DNA of 59,355 nt, from positions 1 to 59,355 of IMG/VR virus record IMGVR_UViG_3300032247_001105. One strand, given 5' to 3'. This DNA comes from a virus (lineage: Duplodnaviria; Caudoviricetes). Each line of letters opens with the position of its first letter. Within the stretch, counting starts at the first letter, position 1. This document shows positions 7,060-16,317 of the stretch, piece by piece. The notes beneath the pieces were generated by a model. The model ran no database searches, had not been told where the DNA came from, and worked only from the letters and a program-made list of their open reading frames with translations. The position numbers were made by a program, and so were the translations under genes.

Positions 7060-7749
7060 ATGAATGAAATAACTATCATTAGCGATATTCATTTAGGCAG
7101 CGATATTTGTCAGGTTGATAGGTTATCAAAATTTCTTGACAAAATACAAACAAATTGTCTCATTATCAACGGAGACTTATTTGATAGTTGGGATTTTAGG
7201 AGACTTCGTAAGGATCATTGGAAAATCTTAAAGAAGTTGCGTCAACTGTCCGATAAGATAAAAGTGGTTTGGATCAGCGGAAACCATGATGGGCCAGCAG
7301 AATTAGTAAGTCATCTTATTGGTGTGGATTTTGTAGATGAAATAGTTTTGGTTAGTGGAGATAAAAACGTATTAATCCTTCATGGAGATATCTTTGATAA
7401 TTTTATTTCACAGTATCCATTGTTTACAAAGTTTGCTGATAAAATTTATCGACTAATACAAAAATATGACCGATTTCACCAGAATGAATACTACTACTCT
7501 AATCTTGCTAAAAGAAGTAGCAAAACCTTTTTAAGATGCTCACAACAAATAGCAGATAGAGCATTAGAATATTGTAAAGATAAAAATTGTGATGTTGTTA
7601 TATGCGGTCATACTCACTTACCATTGACAACTCAAAACGATCTGATATACTACTACAATAGCGGCTGTTGGACTGAGAACTCTTGTTCTTTTATAACCAT
7701 TAATTCTGGAGAAGTGGAGATAAAATATGAAGGATCGCTTGACATTTAG
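7060..7749 (+). CDS. metallophosphoesterase (YbbF/LpxH-like)
   Basis: ISDIHLG, NGDLFD, SGNHD, LHGD and GHTH motifs. Confidence 0.85.
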   Translation: MNEITIISDIHLGSDICQVDRLSKFLDKIQTNCLIINGDLFDSWDFRRLRKDHWKILKKLRQLSDKIKVVWISGNHDGPAELVSHLIGVDFVDEIVLVSGDKNVLILHGDIFDNFISQYPLFTKFADKIYRLIQKYDRFHQNEYYYSNLAKRSSKTFLRCSQQIADRALEYCKDKNCDVVICGHTHLPLTTQNDLIYYYNSGCWTENSCSFITINSGEVEIKYEGSLDI

Positions 7750-7951
7750 TGAATTCGCAGAAAGCGTGGCCGACTATATTGAATATGAGTATTTTGATTT
7801 GGGACGAGGAAAGTTGTCACCAGAACAAAAAGATACTATATTTAATATAATGAGATTTCAGTATGATCATGGTGGTTGTAATGTTAATGAGGCTAGTGGG
7901 ATGATTGTAGAATACTTAAAGGAAAATTATGAAACAAAAAAATCAAACTAG
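7727..7951 (+). CDS. hypothetical protein
   Basis: ORF track; overlapping chain of genes. Confidence 0.65.
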   Translation: MKDRLTFSEFAESVADYIEYEYFDLGRGKLSPEQKDTIFNIMRFQYDHGGCNVNEASGMIVEYLKENYETKKSN

Positions 7952-8156
7952 AGTAGAGATGAGTGCTGATGATATTAAAAACTCCATTATATATTTCTTA
8001 TATCGTGAGCAAAAAATTAGCGGTATTTTCGATGTAAAATTTAATATTAAACGCAAGCAATTGCCAGGAAGTGATCCTCATGATACTTGGGATATTTGGG
8101 TGTTAGACGGTGCTGAAATAGTAGTAGATTTAAACGAAACTCAAGTCCAGTCTTGA
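7929..8156 (+). CDS. hypothetical protein
   Basis: ORF track; AAGGA RBS. Confidence 0.65.
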   Translation: MKQKNQTRVEMSADDIKNSIIYFLYREQKISGIFDVKFNIKRKQLPGSDPHDTWDIWVLDGAEIVVDLNETQVQS

Positions 8157-8180
8157 CAATGCCGATAAGTGTGGTATAGT
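8141..8180 (+). promoter_or_regulatory. nested sigma28-like + sigma70 promoter
   Basis: TCAAG(8141)-N15-GCCGATAA(8161); TTGACA(8153)-N16-TATAGT(8175). Confidence 0.8.
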
Positions 8181-8201
8181 AAGAGTAACCTTGGAGACAA
8201 C

Positions 8202-8372
8202 ATGAATACAAACACTAAAAAAGAAACCCAACGTCTTATTGAAAAATATTTTTTTGGTCAAAATAATAATGAACTTGTTATTAAGGGTGAAGATATGAAT
8301 AAGTTTCTCGGAGAATTTAGTGAACTAGTTATTTCTCGTACCCTTGATGTTGCATTTAATATGAAAGACTAA
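8202..8372 (+). CDS. hypothetical protein
   Basis: GGAG RBS before ATG 8202. Confidence 0.65.
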   Translation: MNTNTKKETQRLIEKYFFGQNNNELVIKGEDMNKFLGEFSELVISRTLDVAFNMKD

Positions 8373-8373
8373 T

Positions 8374-8658
8374 ATGCCAGCATACGATGATTCTTTTATA
8401 GGTCAATTAACTCCATATACAAGTTATATTTTTACCATTTTATGGTATGTATTCTGTTTGCTTGGAGTTCTTTCGGTTTTAATCGTAGCATCATTACCAT
8501 TCTTTATGGCTTTTTATGGATACAAGTCAATTAAGTTAAAGATCAAGAAAAAGAAAAATCATAAGTTAAATAAACAAAAAAAAAGTAATCAAGAATTTTA
8601 TGAACAGAGTTATATTAATCGTCTTGATAAAAAGATTAAACGGAAAAAGCATAAATGA
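8374..8658 (+). CDS. membrane protein with basic tail
   Basis: ORF track; long hydrophobic segment. Confidence 0.6.
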   Translation: MPAYDDSFIGQLTPYTSYIFTILWYVFCLLGVLSVLIVASLPFFMAFYGYKSIKLKIKKKKNHKLNKQKKSNQEFYEQSYINRLDKKIKRKKHK

Positions 8659-8876
8659 GATCAATCGACGAAATATGTCATTTTGTGAAACTTATTGATT
8701 TTTACATAAAGAATGAATATGATACTAAATGGTATAAAAAATTTAATGATTACAGAAACTCAACTCAAACTCATATTGATTATGCTCTCACAGATTGTTT
8801 TATGAGCGACAAAACTATTCCTTATTCTGCTGGTATTGTTATTGATATTTTAAAGATGAAACATGATAAAACATGA
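8655..8876 (+). CDS. hypothetical protein
   Basis: ORF track; ATGA coupling. Confidence 0.6.
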   Translation: MRSIDEICHFVKLIDFYIKNEYDTKWYKKFNDYRNSTQTHIDYALTDCFMSDKTIPYSAGIVIDILKMKHDKT

Positions 8877-8978
8877 GGAACAATCTCCTATTTTGGGTTT
8901 AGAAATTAACGATGGTATAAGAGTACCATTTGGAGATTTGTATCTTGACTTATTCCCTGAACTTTATGAGGTAGAATA

Positions 8979-9599
8979 GTGTTAAATATTAAGAAACAAC
9001 CTTATAATAGTGTGTGGGTTTGGGCAGATACTCAGGAAGAACTTGGATTAACTTTCATGCGTTTTCAAGAACATTATGAGAGTGCTAATCCTAAATTTCG
9101 TAATCATATTTTTACTGTTGGTCAATTGAGACATTGGTATTCTGAAACTTATGGCTCAAACTCTTATCATGTTCACTGGGTAGGATTTAATTTTCCCAGT
9201 AAGGTATTAATTCCTTTTAAGGAAGGATTATTTGATCCATTAACACCAGAAGAAAATAGACTATTAGACCTATTGAGATACCGTAATGATCATTTCTATA
9301 TTATAGGGGCTCAAAATAATAGTATACTAAGACACGAATTATCTCATGCCTTGTATGCTTCTAATTCAGAATACCGACAAGAAGTAGATGAATTTTTACA
9401 TAAGAATAAGTCTAAACTTAAACAGACAAATGGGTATATCTTGGATAAAGGATACTGTAAAGATGTTTTGAACGATGAAATTCAAGCATATATAACAGAT
9501 AATGATGATACTGAACTGATCAATATGACTGATCCACTAGTAATTGCTGGTATAAATAAAATATTTAAGAAATATAATATAGCAAAGGTTAAAAAATAA
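8979..9599 (+). CDS. hypothetical protein with HExxH motif (possible metallopeptidase-like)
   Basis: ILRHELSHALY followed by a later DEIQAY. Confidence 0.65.
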   Translation: MLNIKKQPYNSVWVWADTQEELGLTFMRFQEHYESANPKFRNHIFTVGQLRHWYSETYGSNSYHVHWVGFNFPSKVLIPFKEGLFDPLTPEENRLLDLLRYRNDHFYIIGAQNNSILRHELSHALYASNSEYRQEVDEFLHKNKSKLKQTNGYILDKGYCKDVLNDEIQAYITDNDDTELINMTDPLVIAGINKIFKKYNIAKVKK

Positions 9600-9775
9600 T
9601 GGACGATATGAGCGACGAAGAAAAAAGTTTTCATGAGTGGATTGAGCGAAATATCCAATATGTAAACCAAAATAAAAGTTCTATTCATGTTATGAAAGAC
9701 CTTTATATCTCAGGATTTGCTGCTGGGTGGCTTCATAGGGATAAATATAATGCTATGGAACAATTACAGAAATAA
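9599..9775 (+). CDS. hypothetical protein (58 aa)
   Basis: Read manually; TAATG coupling on both sides. Confidence 0.6.
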   Translation: MDDMSDEEKSFHEWIERNIQYVNQNKSSIHVMKDLYISGFAAGWLHRDKYNAMEQLQK

Positions 9776-10110
9776 TGAGTTTCTTATACAAGTTTAAAGA
9801 CTATTGGAATTTAGTTAAATTAAGAATAAATTCTATTGATCTATTTTCTACACGATTAGTAACTGCTGATAATCAGTCTAGAGGATTTGGATTTATTAAT
9901 TCATATAAAATCTTTTATATTGAAGATGATCATCTATTGTTTGGAAATAAAAAAATTAAACTGGATCAAGAGATAACATTTAGTTATCATGATACTATCT
10001 TAGTAAGAGATGAACGTAATTCTATAGTTGCTTTAAAGTTTTATGAATTAACCCCTATAAATATCGATAATGAATTATTTACATTTTATACCTCATGTGA
10101 ACAGAATTGA
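9775..10110 (+). CDS. hypothetical protein
   Basis: ORF track. Confidence 0.6.
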   Translation: MSFLYKFKDYWNLVKLRINSIDLFSTRLVTADNQSRGFGFINSYKIFYIEDDHLLFGNKKIKLDQEITFSYHDTILVRDERNSIVALKFYELTPINIDNELFTFYTSCEQN

Positions 10111-10762
10111 TTTAACATCTATTGCATTAAATAGTGTTAAAAATATTTGGGACAGAACTGTTATTATAGATAATAGTAGTAATAGTGATGAAGTCATCTC
10201 ATTATCTGATAAGTATAATTTTCAATTTAATGTATTAAAACCCCCAGTACCATTAACAACCGCTCAAACATACAATTTAATAAGATTAATCGCTATTGAA
10301 AAACAATTAAACTTCATCACATTTATGCACAATGATTGTGAAGTATTAACAGAGAATGGTGATTTAATGTTAGTAGAAGAAGCAAATGAACAATTTTCTA
10401 ATGTGTTTAATAGAATAGGTTTTATAAATTATAATAATGTAAGTTCTGAAGAACAAAGAACGAATGATGATTTATTCTGTGCCTATAAAACAGATATGCT
10501 TAAAGATGTTGGGGAATGGGATTGGTTATGCTGTCCTTTTTATTTTCTAGATAATGATTATATGAGAAGGATGACTATTAAACAGTGGAGAAGTTATAGT
10601 ATGGAAAATTTACAATGCAAACACCACAATTCATGCAGCACAGTTAAATCTGATAAATTACGAAAATTAATTTTTCCAGCATATTTTAATGTTTCTAAGG
10701 AATTAATGAATATAAAATGGATTGATTGTGATGGAAACTGGGATAATTTAAAAGATGACTAA
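10070..10762 (+). CDS. GT-A fold (GT2-like) glycosyltransferase
   Basis: IIDNSS, FMHNDCEV and YFLDNDY motifs. Confidence 0.65.
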   Translation: MNYLHFIPHVNRIDLTSIALNSVKNIWDRTVIIDNSSNSDEVISLSDKYNFQFNVLKPPVPLTTAQTYNLIRLIAIEKQLNFITFMHNDCEVLTENGDLMLVEEANEQFSNVFNRIGFINYNNVSSEEQRTNDDLFCAYKTDMLKDVGEWDWLCCPFYFLDNDYMRRMTIKQWRSYSMENLQCKHHNSCSTVKSDKLRKLIFPAYFNVSKELMNIKWIDCDGNWDNLKDD

Positions 10763-11018
10763 AGAAACAGAACCGCTAAAATATGGTTGCATCGATAATC
10801 TACAACAGATTGTAAAAAATTGTCAAGATGACAATACGGCCAAACTTATTATGGAATTATATGATTTGATAGTTTATCAAAAAGACATGATCAAACAACA
10901 AAGAATAGAAATAATTGGATTACAACATAAACAAGCATGGAAAAGATATGATTTACCTGATAGTAAGTTTATCCCAAGTGTTGACAAACCCGCAAAGTCT
11001 GGTAATATGAGTTGCTAG
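10755..11018 (+). CDS. hypothetical protein
   Basis: ORF track. Confidence 0.6.
   Translation: MTKETEPLKYGCIDNLQQIVKNCQDDNTAKLIMELYDLIVYQKDMIKQQRIEIIGLQHKQAWKRYDLPDSKFIPSVDKPAKSGNMSC
10981..11008 (+). promoter_or_regulatory. possible sigma70 promoter
   Basis: TTGACA-N16-TAATAT with TG before the -10; no GCCGAT box. Confidence 0.45.
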
Positions 11019-11027
11019 GAGAAAATT

Positions 11028-11291
11028 ATGCTCTGGTCAGAAATTAAAAAGTGGGCTAAAGAAAAGGGTTATGAAACCATTAAAGATAAAGATGGTGACA
11101 TTACAAGTTATTATTGGGCTAAGTTAGATGATCCACAGGCTAGTGGAGTTAGTAAAAGTGTGAGTAAACTTGCTTGGGATATTTATAATCATATAACAGA
11201 TAATAAGTGGTTTGATCATCAAACACAAATGAAGCAAAAAGAAGAACAGTCCACAGAACATATAGAGATGAGTAATTATGCAACAGGTTAA
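11028..11291 (+). CDS. hypothetical protein
   Basis: AGGAG RBS. Confidence 0.7.
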   Translation: MLWSEIKKWAKEKGYETIKDKDGDITSYYWAKLDDPQASGVSKSVSKLAWDIYNHITDNKWFDHQTQMKQKEEQSTEHIEMSNYATG

Positions 11292-11916
11292 ACTTATTAG
11301 TATAACACCAGATGCAGAAAAACTCATGTCTTATTGTGCAAGGGTGTCTAATCCAAAAGGACAAGATCGAGAAGATTATTCTAAACTGTTGGCTTATTGC
11401 ATTAAACATCAGCACTGGTCTATATTTGAGCAGGCTTTTATCACAATTGAAATAAACACCACCAGAGGTATTGCTGCACAAATTCTAAGACATAGGAGTT
11501 TTACATTTCAAGAATTTAGTCAACGATATGCTGATACTACACTTCTAGCAGAAGATATTCCAATGTTTGAATTGAGGCGTCAGGATACTAAAAATAGACA
11601 AAATAGTATTGACGATATTGATGATGCTACAAAACAATTATGGACGTATCATATTTTAGATTACTTCAAAAGAGGCAAAGAAATATATGATGGTTTAATT
11701 GCAGATGGTATTGCTAAAGAATGTGCTAGATTTGTTTTGCCATTAGCAACCCCAACACGAATTTATATGAGTGGTTCAATCCGTTCCTTTATTCATTGGA
11801 TACAATTACGATCCTCAAACGGAACTCAAAAAGAACATATGATTTTAGCCAATGAAGCAAAAAATATATTCAAAGAACAACTGCCTATTACAAGTGAGGC
11901 TTTAGGATGGAATTAG
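11278..11916 (+). CDS. thyX: FAD-dependent thymidylate synthase
   Basis: RHRSFTFQEFSQRY ThyX motif and KECARFVLP. Confidence 0.97.
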   Translation: MQQVKLISITPDAEKLMSYCARVSNPKGQDREDYSKLLAYCIKHQHWSIFEQAFITIEINTTRGIAAQILRHRSFTFQEFSQRYADTTLLAEDIPMFELRRQDTKNRQNSIDDIDDATKQLWTYHILDYFKRGKEIYDGLIADGIAKECARFVLPLATPTRIYMSGSIRSFIHWIQLRSSNGTQKEHMILANEAKNIFKEQLPITSEALGWN

Positions 11917-12098
11917 AATTCGTGATAACTGCTCAAGTTTATAATAAATTTGATGACACTAAACAACATATATTAATTTGCGAATCAGTAAAAGCAGAAT
12001 CCTCATCTCATGCACGAAAATCATTTGAAGATATTTTTGGTATGGATCATGAAATAGTTAAAATTCATTCAGTAATTGCTTATCCAACACAAGCCTAA
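11907..12098 (+). CDS. hypothetical protein
   Basis: ORF track. Confidence 0.6.
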   Translation: MELEFVITAQVYNKFDDTKQHILICESVKAESSSHARKSFEDIFGMDHEIVKIHSVIAYPTQA

Positions 12099-12134
12099 AT
12101 TCTGTGTTGACAACTGCCGATGATATGGTAAGAT
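12096..12134 (+). promoter_or_regulatory. nested sigma28-like + sigma70 promoter
   Basis: TAAAT(12096)-N15-GCCGATG(12116); TTGACA(12107)-N16-TAAGAT(12129). Confidence 0.7.
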
Positions 12135-12152
12135 GCCTCTCAAGGAGACTCT

Positions 12153-13067
12153 ATGCGTTACGGTTTGTGCTGTATCAGTCTGAAATTAAAAGAACAAGGT
12201 TTGAAACATCAGACCATGACATTTAAAAGATTTTCTACACTATCAAGAGAAGAAGCGTTATCAACTCTTGGAGATAGAATACTTAATAACTTAGAAGTTA
12301 CTAATGCGACGATTCAATTTTGTTCAGATAACAACTATTGCTACAGGGTTAGTAGCGATATTTTTCCTCTTATCACTTATGACGAAGCCAATGTGAGTTT
12401 AGAAGATTTACCCAATTATGATAGTATTCAAGATGAGTTTGATAATATTGCACAGACTATTGCCTCTACTAATGTTCGTGTCACTTGTCATCCAAGTGAA
12501 TTTAATGTATTGGCATCAAACAACGAGAAAGCAATTGATAAAACAATCACAGAACTCAACTTCTACAGCAGTTTCTTTGACAGAATTGGACTTCCGGCAA
12601 ATTATTCTGCACCCATGAATATGCACGTTCATAATAAGAATGGTACTCACATGGAAATTATCGAAAGATTTAAGCGTAATTTTAATAGACTAGACGATAA
12701 TTGCAAGGCTCGACTTGTTATCGAAAATGATGATAAACTTAATTGTTGGAGTGTTTTTGAACTTATCACATATTTTCATGCTAACACAAACATCCCAATC
12801 ACCTTCGATTATCTGCATCACAAATGTCATCCAGATAGATTAGATGAAGAAACAGCATTAAGGGCTTGTCATGATACTTGGCATGGTCATAAGCCTCTTT
12901 TTCATTATAGTGAAAGCAAACCTGGGAATAATCCAAGGGCTCATGCTGATTATGCTGAAAATCCATTTAATACTTATGGATTAGATTTTGATGTTGACAT
13001 GGAACTAAAAGCAAAAGATTATGCAATAGAGAGATTTGATGAGATTTGTCGTGGAGCAGTAGCATGA
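12153..13067 (+). CDS. uvsE: UV damage endonuclease UvsE/UvdE
   Basis: YRVSSDIFP, HPSEFNVLAS, RLVIENDD, FDYLHH, HYSES and RAHADY motifs. Confidence 0.93.
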   Translation: MRYGLCCISLKLKEQGLKHQTMTFKRFSTLSREEALSTLGDRILNNLEVTNATIQFCSDNNYCYRVSSDIFPLITYDEANVSLEDLPNYDSIQDEFDNIAQTIASTNVRVTCHPSEFNVLASNNEKAIDKTITELNFYSSFFDRIGLPANYSAPMNMHVHNKNGTHMEIIERFKRNFNRLDDNCKARLVIENDDKLNCWSVFELITYFHANTNIPITFDYLHHKCHPDRLDEETALRACHDTWHGHKPLFHYSESKPGNNPRAHADYAENPFNTYGLDFDVDMELKAKDYAIERFDEICRGAVA

Positions 13068-13207
13068 GCAAACCACTTATAATTTTAACTGGTATAATTT
13101 ATACTTATGTTGCTTTTGAGCAACTGAGACATGGTAATTATGGTATGTTTTATGCTTATTGTGGTTATGCGTTTTCTAATATCGGACTTTATATTTTAGC
13201 ACACTAA
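13064..13207 (+). CDS. small membrane protein (47 aa)
   Basis: Read manually (MSKPLIILTGIIYTYVAFEQ...GYAFSNIGLY); GGAG RBS. Confidence 0.65.
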   Translation: MSKPLIILTGIIYTYVAFEQLRHGNYGMFYAYCGYAFSNIGLYILAH

Positions 13208-13218
13208 GGGAATTTAAA

Positions 13219-13632
13219 ATGAGTGAAGAAGTTAAGCCATTCGGTTATAGTTATTTTCTTGATATGTATAATACTGCGGAAGGAACCGCAGATAATCTTG
13301 AGTTAGTCTACCGATTTTTAGAGCGTCTTGTTGATGAGATTGGTATGACTCGTATGACTCCACCTATTGTTATTCATGGGCCTACAGATCATGGTCGTGA
13401 AATTTATGCTGATAAGTACGGTGTTAGTGGTTGGGTAGGATTGATTGAGAGTGGAATTCAAATTCATGCTATTGAGGCAGTTCATTTTATTAGTCTTGAT
13501 GTTTACTCATGCTCTTGTTTTAAACCAGAAACAGTGCTAGAATTTGCTAGAAAACATTTTGGCTTTGATAAATATGAAGAACATTTCCTGAAACGAGGTC
13601 TTGAATATCATAACCAAGAGAGAAAAACATGA
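13219..13632 (+). CDS. speD: pyruvoyl-dependent S-adenosylmethionine decarboxylase family protein
   Basis: GVSGWVGLIESGIQIH and SLDVYSC; E-S autocleavage site present. Confidence 0.75.
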   Translation: MSEEVKPFGYSYFLDMYNTAEGTADNLELVYRFLERLVDEIGMTRMTPPIVIHGPTDHGREIYADKYGVSGWVGLIESGIQIHAIEAVHFISLDVYSCSCFKPETVLEFARKHFGFDKYEEHFLKRGLEYHNQERKT

Positions 13633-13799
13633 TGAAAGAACCACAGAGAATTAAACTAACTGACTTTGTATCTTCTCAAAAAGAACCAAATAAGTTACCA
13701 TTAAAATCTTTACAAGATGAGTATGATATGATTACAACTATTGAGGGTGCTAGAATTTTGGTTAAAAAAGATGAAAATACTAAACAAAACGATTCGTAA
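13629..13799 (+). CDS. hypothetical protein (56 aa)
   Basis: Read manually; ATGA coupling. Confidence 0.5.
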   Translation: MMKEPQRIKLTDFVSSQKEPNKLPLKSLQDEYDMITTIEGARILVKKDENTKQNDS

Positions 13800-14229
13800 A
13801 GCCTATGCAAATTGGAACCCTAATCCTCTTATTCGTTGTTATCATTATGCTGCTGCCTTTGATGGCAACAAAATGATTTGTTTTACCCAAAATAACCCGA
13901 TTAAAACTCATGCACGGGCTTACAGAATAGGCGAACAATTTAATCTACCCAAATATAAAGAATACCCATTCATCCATGCTGAATCTCATCTTATTTCTAA
14001 ACTGTTGGATATGTATAATACCATTAATGCTAATTGGACAGTGTGTGTTCTTCGCATTAATAGACAAGGACTTATCTTAGGTAGTAAACCTTGTGTGAAT
14101 TGTGATAAATTATTAAATGCTGTAGGATTATCTAATATATATTACAGTCTGGATAATGGCAATTTTAGTGATAGTATTGGAAATCAGACTCAAGTAGAAG
14201 GGTTGACAGTGCCGATGGTTATGGTATAA
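13771..14229 (+). CDS. cytidine/dCMP deaminase-like protein
   Basis: IHAE and SKPCVNC zinc-deaminase motifs. Confidence 0.8.
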   Translation: MKILNKTIRKAYANWNPNPLIRCYHYAAAFDGNKMICFTQNNPIKTHARAYRIGEQFNLPKYKEYPFIHAESHLISKLLDMYNTINANWTVCVLRINRQGLILGSKPCVNCDKLLNAVGLSNIYYSLDNGNFSDSIGNQTQVEGLTVPMVMV

Positions 14230-14230
14230 T
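14190..14230 (+). promoter_or_regulatory. nested sigma28-like + sigma70 promoter
   Basis: TCAAG(14190)-N16-GCCGATG(14211); TTGACA(14203)-N16-TATAAT(14225). Confidence 0.8.
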
Positions 14231-14249
14231 CCGACAAACGGAGACAACC

Positions 14250-14468
14250 ATGAACTGCATTTACTGCAAAAACCAGATTGATTTTGATCGTTATGAGTTT
14301 CTTGTTGAAACTGGTCGCCAGATTCTTTGTAAATCTTGTAGTGTAGAGAGTCGTGCTGTTGGTTTTATGGACTGGAATCATAAAACTGCACCATCTCTTG
14401 TTATGGTTCCTAGTAATGCTACACAAACTATTCGTATACTTGATAGGGCCAACAGAAGGGCTAGGTGA
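14250..14468 (+). CDS. DksA/TraR-type C4 zinc-finger protein
   Basis: CIYCKNQIDFDRYEFL...LCKSC resembles the CxxCGxxIxxxRL...CxxC finger. Confidence 0.65.
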   Translation: MNCIYCKNQIDFDRYEFLVETGRQILCKSCSVESRAVGFMDWNHKTAPSLVMVPSNATQTIRILDRANRRAR

Positions 14469-14472
14469 ATAA

Positions 14473-14706
14473 ATGGATCTTGAAATTGAAAGTCTTTTAT
14501 TTAAACAAGTTGAGAAGCCTAAACATTATTGGATGACTAAAATTATTAATGTGTTTGATAATCGTTATCGGATTAATGTTTATATAGAATTCTTTGATGA
14601 GGTTGATCGTTTGATGAAAAGAAAAATTCATAGTAGTTATTTTTGTCATTATTCTAAAGGTAATTTGAAAATTATCGCTGACAAAGATTTAATCAAGGAG
14701 GATTAA
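14473..14706 (+). CDS. hypothetical protein
   Basis: ORF track (VFDNRYRINVY). Confidence 0.7.
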   Translation: MDLEIESLLFKQVEKPKHYWMTKIINVFDNRYRINVYIEFFDEVDRLMKRKIHSSYFCHYSKGNLKIIADKDLIKED

Positions 14707-14707
14707 A

Positions 14708-15025
14708 ATGAAGAAGATGATTTTGTTTGTGGCTATTTGTGGTCTAATGAACGTGTGCTATGCTAAACCTAGAAATTATAATTATACTACTAATTATTCT
14801 ACTAATAATAGCACAGCACAAGGAGTAGCAGAAACAATGGCATCACGAAATACTGTGGGTCATTTTGGTGGCAATAGTGGATATGAGGGTTGTGGTAGTG
14901 GATCAACCCCACAACAAGCCTATAATAATTGCTGCTTCTCTAATAGTGGTATGATTACTGTGGATGTTGGATATGCTCAGGGTAAAAATGGTCGATGGTT
15001 TTGTTGTCGTAGATATTCAAGGTGA
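14708..15025 (+). CDS. secreted protein with minimal CAP/SCP-like domain
   Basis: Signal peptide; AQ..AE.MA....GH.GG...EGCG...VGYAQG..GRWFCCRRY pattern. Confidence 0.65.
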   Translation: MKKMILFVAICGLMNVCYAKPRNYNYTTNYSTNNSTAQGVAETMASRNTVGHFGGNSGYEGCGSGSTPQQAYNNCCFSNSGMITVDVGYAQGKNGRWFCCRRYSR

Positions 15026-15060
15026 TCGTATCTAATTTAGTGAAAAATCTAAAAATCCAC

Positions 15061-15101
15061 TAAAGAATCATGCTTGACAGTGCCGATCTATCTGGTATAC
15101 T
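15061..15101 (+). promoter_or_regulatory. nested sigma28-like + sigma70 promoter
   Basis: TAAAG(15061)-N16-GCCGATC(15082); TTGACA(15074)-N16-TATACT(15096). Confidence 0.8.
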
Positions 15102-15137
15102 TAGAGCGTAAACAACAACTAACACAGGAGACTGAAA

Positions 15138-15542
15138 ATGCCCAAGGGTAAAAAGAGTTGCGATAAGTGTGGCACATTGACTGGCCCGCGTGCCTTTGTT
15201 TGTGCTAAATGCAATACTCCTTTCATCTTCAAGTGTCAAAGTAGAGAGAAAAAGAATACCAAGATTATTCGTGACATTAATTGGCGTGATCTGATTAAGG
15301 GAGATAAGATTAAGGTTGCTGGTGGCCCATATTATGTATGTAAGGGAGAATTTATCCCTATGGGTTATCGTGGACGATTTTTGGTTGAGGGTATTGATGA
15401 CAATGGAATTCTTGCCTATGGACTTGACAAATACCAAGGCTTCTGCCATATTTATATGGGTGGAGACATTCAGAACAAGGAAACTAAAGTTTGGAAAACC
15501 AAGCATAAGTTGCTCAAACTGAAACCTAGAGAAGTTGTATGA
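15138..15542 (+). CDS. Zn-ribbon protein
   Basis: CDKCG...CAKC; AGGAG RBS. Confidence 0.75.
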   Translation: MPKGKKSCDKCGTLTGPRAFVCAKCNTPFIFKCQSREKKNTKIIRDINWRDLIKGDKIKVAGGPYYVCKGEFIPMGYRGRFLVEGIDDNGILAYGLDKYQGFCHIYMGGDIQNKETKVWKTKHKLLKLKPREVV

Positions 15543-15811
15543 CACAATTAACCAACGATCAAAAATATCAATTAAATAAACTAATTGACCACAGAGATTC
15601 TATCAGCGAAAATCTGTTCCATATTGAGCGTATTTTAAAAGATTATTTTCCTCAAGAGTACGATATTGCTTATCAGCATTGGATTCCTCAAATGATCACA
15701 GCACTATATGATGATAAACGATGGCTTTCTAGGGGAGAGCGTAATATGCAAGATACAATTGACCATATTAATGATAGTCAGTCTGGTTCTGGTGTAAAGA
15801 AATATATCTAA
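15539..15811 (+). CDS. hypothetical protein
   Basis: ORF track; coupled. Confidence 0.7.
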   Translation: MTQLTNDQKYQLNKLIDHRDSISENLFHIERILKDYFPQEYDIAYQHWIPQMITALYDDKRWLSRGERNMQDTIDHINDSQSGSGVKKYI

Positions 15812-15823
15812 TTGGAGTATATC

Positions 15824-16198
15824 ATGAGCGAAATTTATGCTATTACTAATTTAGAAGGTTATGCAGAAGAAATGAGGGTCTGTGCGGCCAAAAATATTTG
15901 TGATACTTATGATGATGATCTTAATGAGTATATTTCTATTGGTCAAATGATTAATCTCGTTAAAGAAAACTGTGTTGGTTTTGATGAAGAAAATAGGCCG
16001 ATGCTAGATGAAAATGCAAACTGTGAAATTTTTGAACAAACTTGTGTATGGATTCATAATATTGGTTTAGCAAGACTTGCTGCTAAAGACTTGGTTCAGT
16101 GTGCATGGAGCGATAAAGATAATACCATGATTTTCTGGACGGAGAATAATAATGAATCTAAACAAAAAAGAAAACGAAATAAGAAACCTAAAGGATAA
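15824..16198 (+). CDS. hypothetical protein
   Basis: GGAG RBS before ATG 15824. The C-terminal WSDKDNTMIFW resembles FDSEKNDFIFW of 26793-27224 (possible paralogue). Confidence 0.7.
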   Translation: MSEIYAITNLEGYAEEMRVCAAKNICDTYDDDLNEYISIGQMINLVKENCVGFDEENRPMLDENANCEIFEQTCVWIHNIGLARLAAKDLVQCAWSDKDNTMIFWTENNNESKQKRKRNKKPKG

Positions 16199-16313
16199 AA
16201 TTGCAGACATACGAGATTATATTTCTTCGGATTTCTGCAAGTCTTGTCAGAAGTATTATAAAGAGATAGAGGTTCTTGAACAAAGATTAAAGGAATTAGA
16301 ACAACAACAATAA
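16152..16313 (+). CDS. coiled-coil CxxC protein (53 aa)
   Basis: Read manually; GGAG RBS; FCKSCQ. Confidence 0.55.
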   Translation: MNLNKKENEIRNLKDKIADIRDYISSDFCKSCQKYYKEIEVLEQRLKELEQQQ

Positions 16314-16317
16314 TTAT

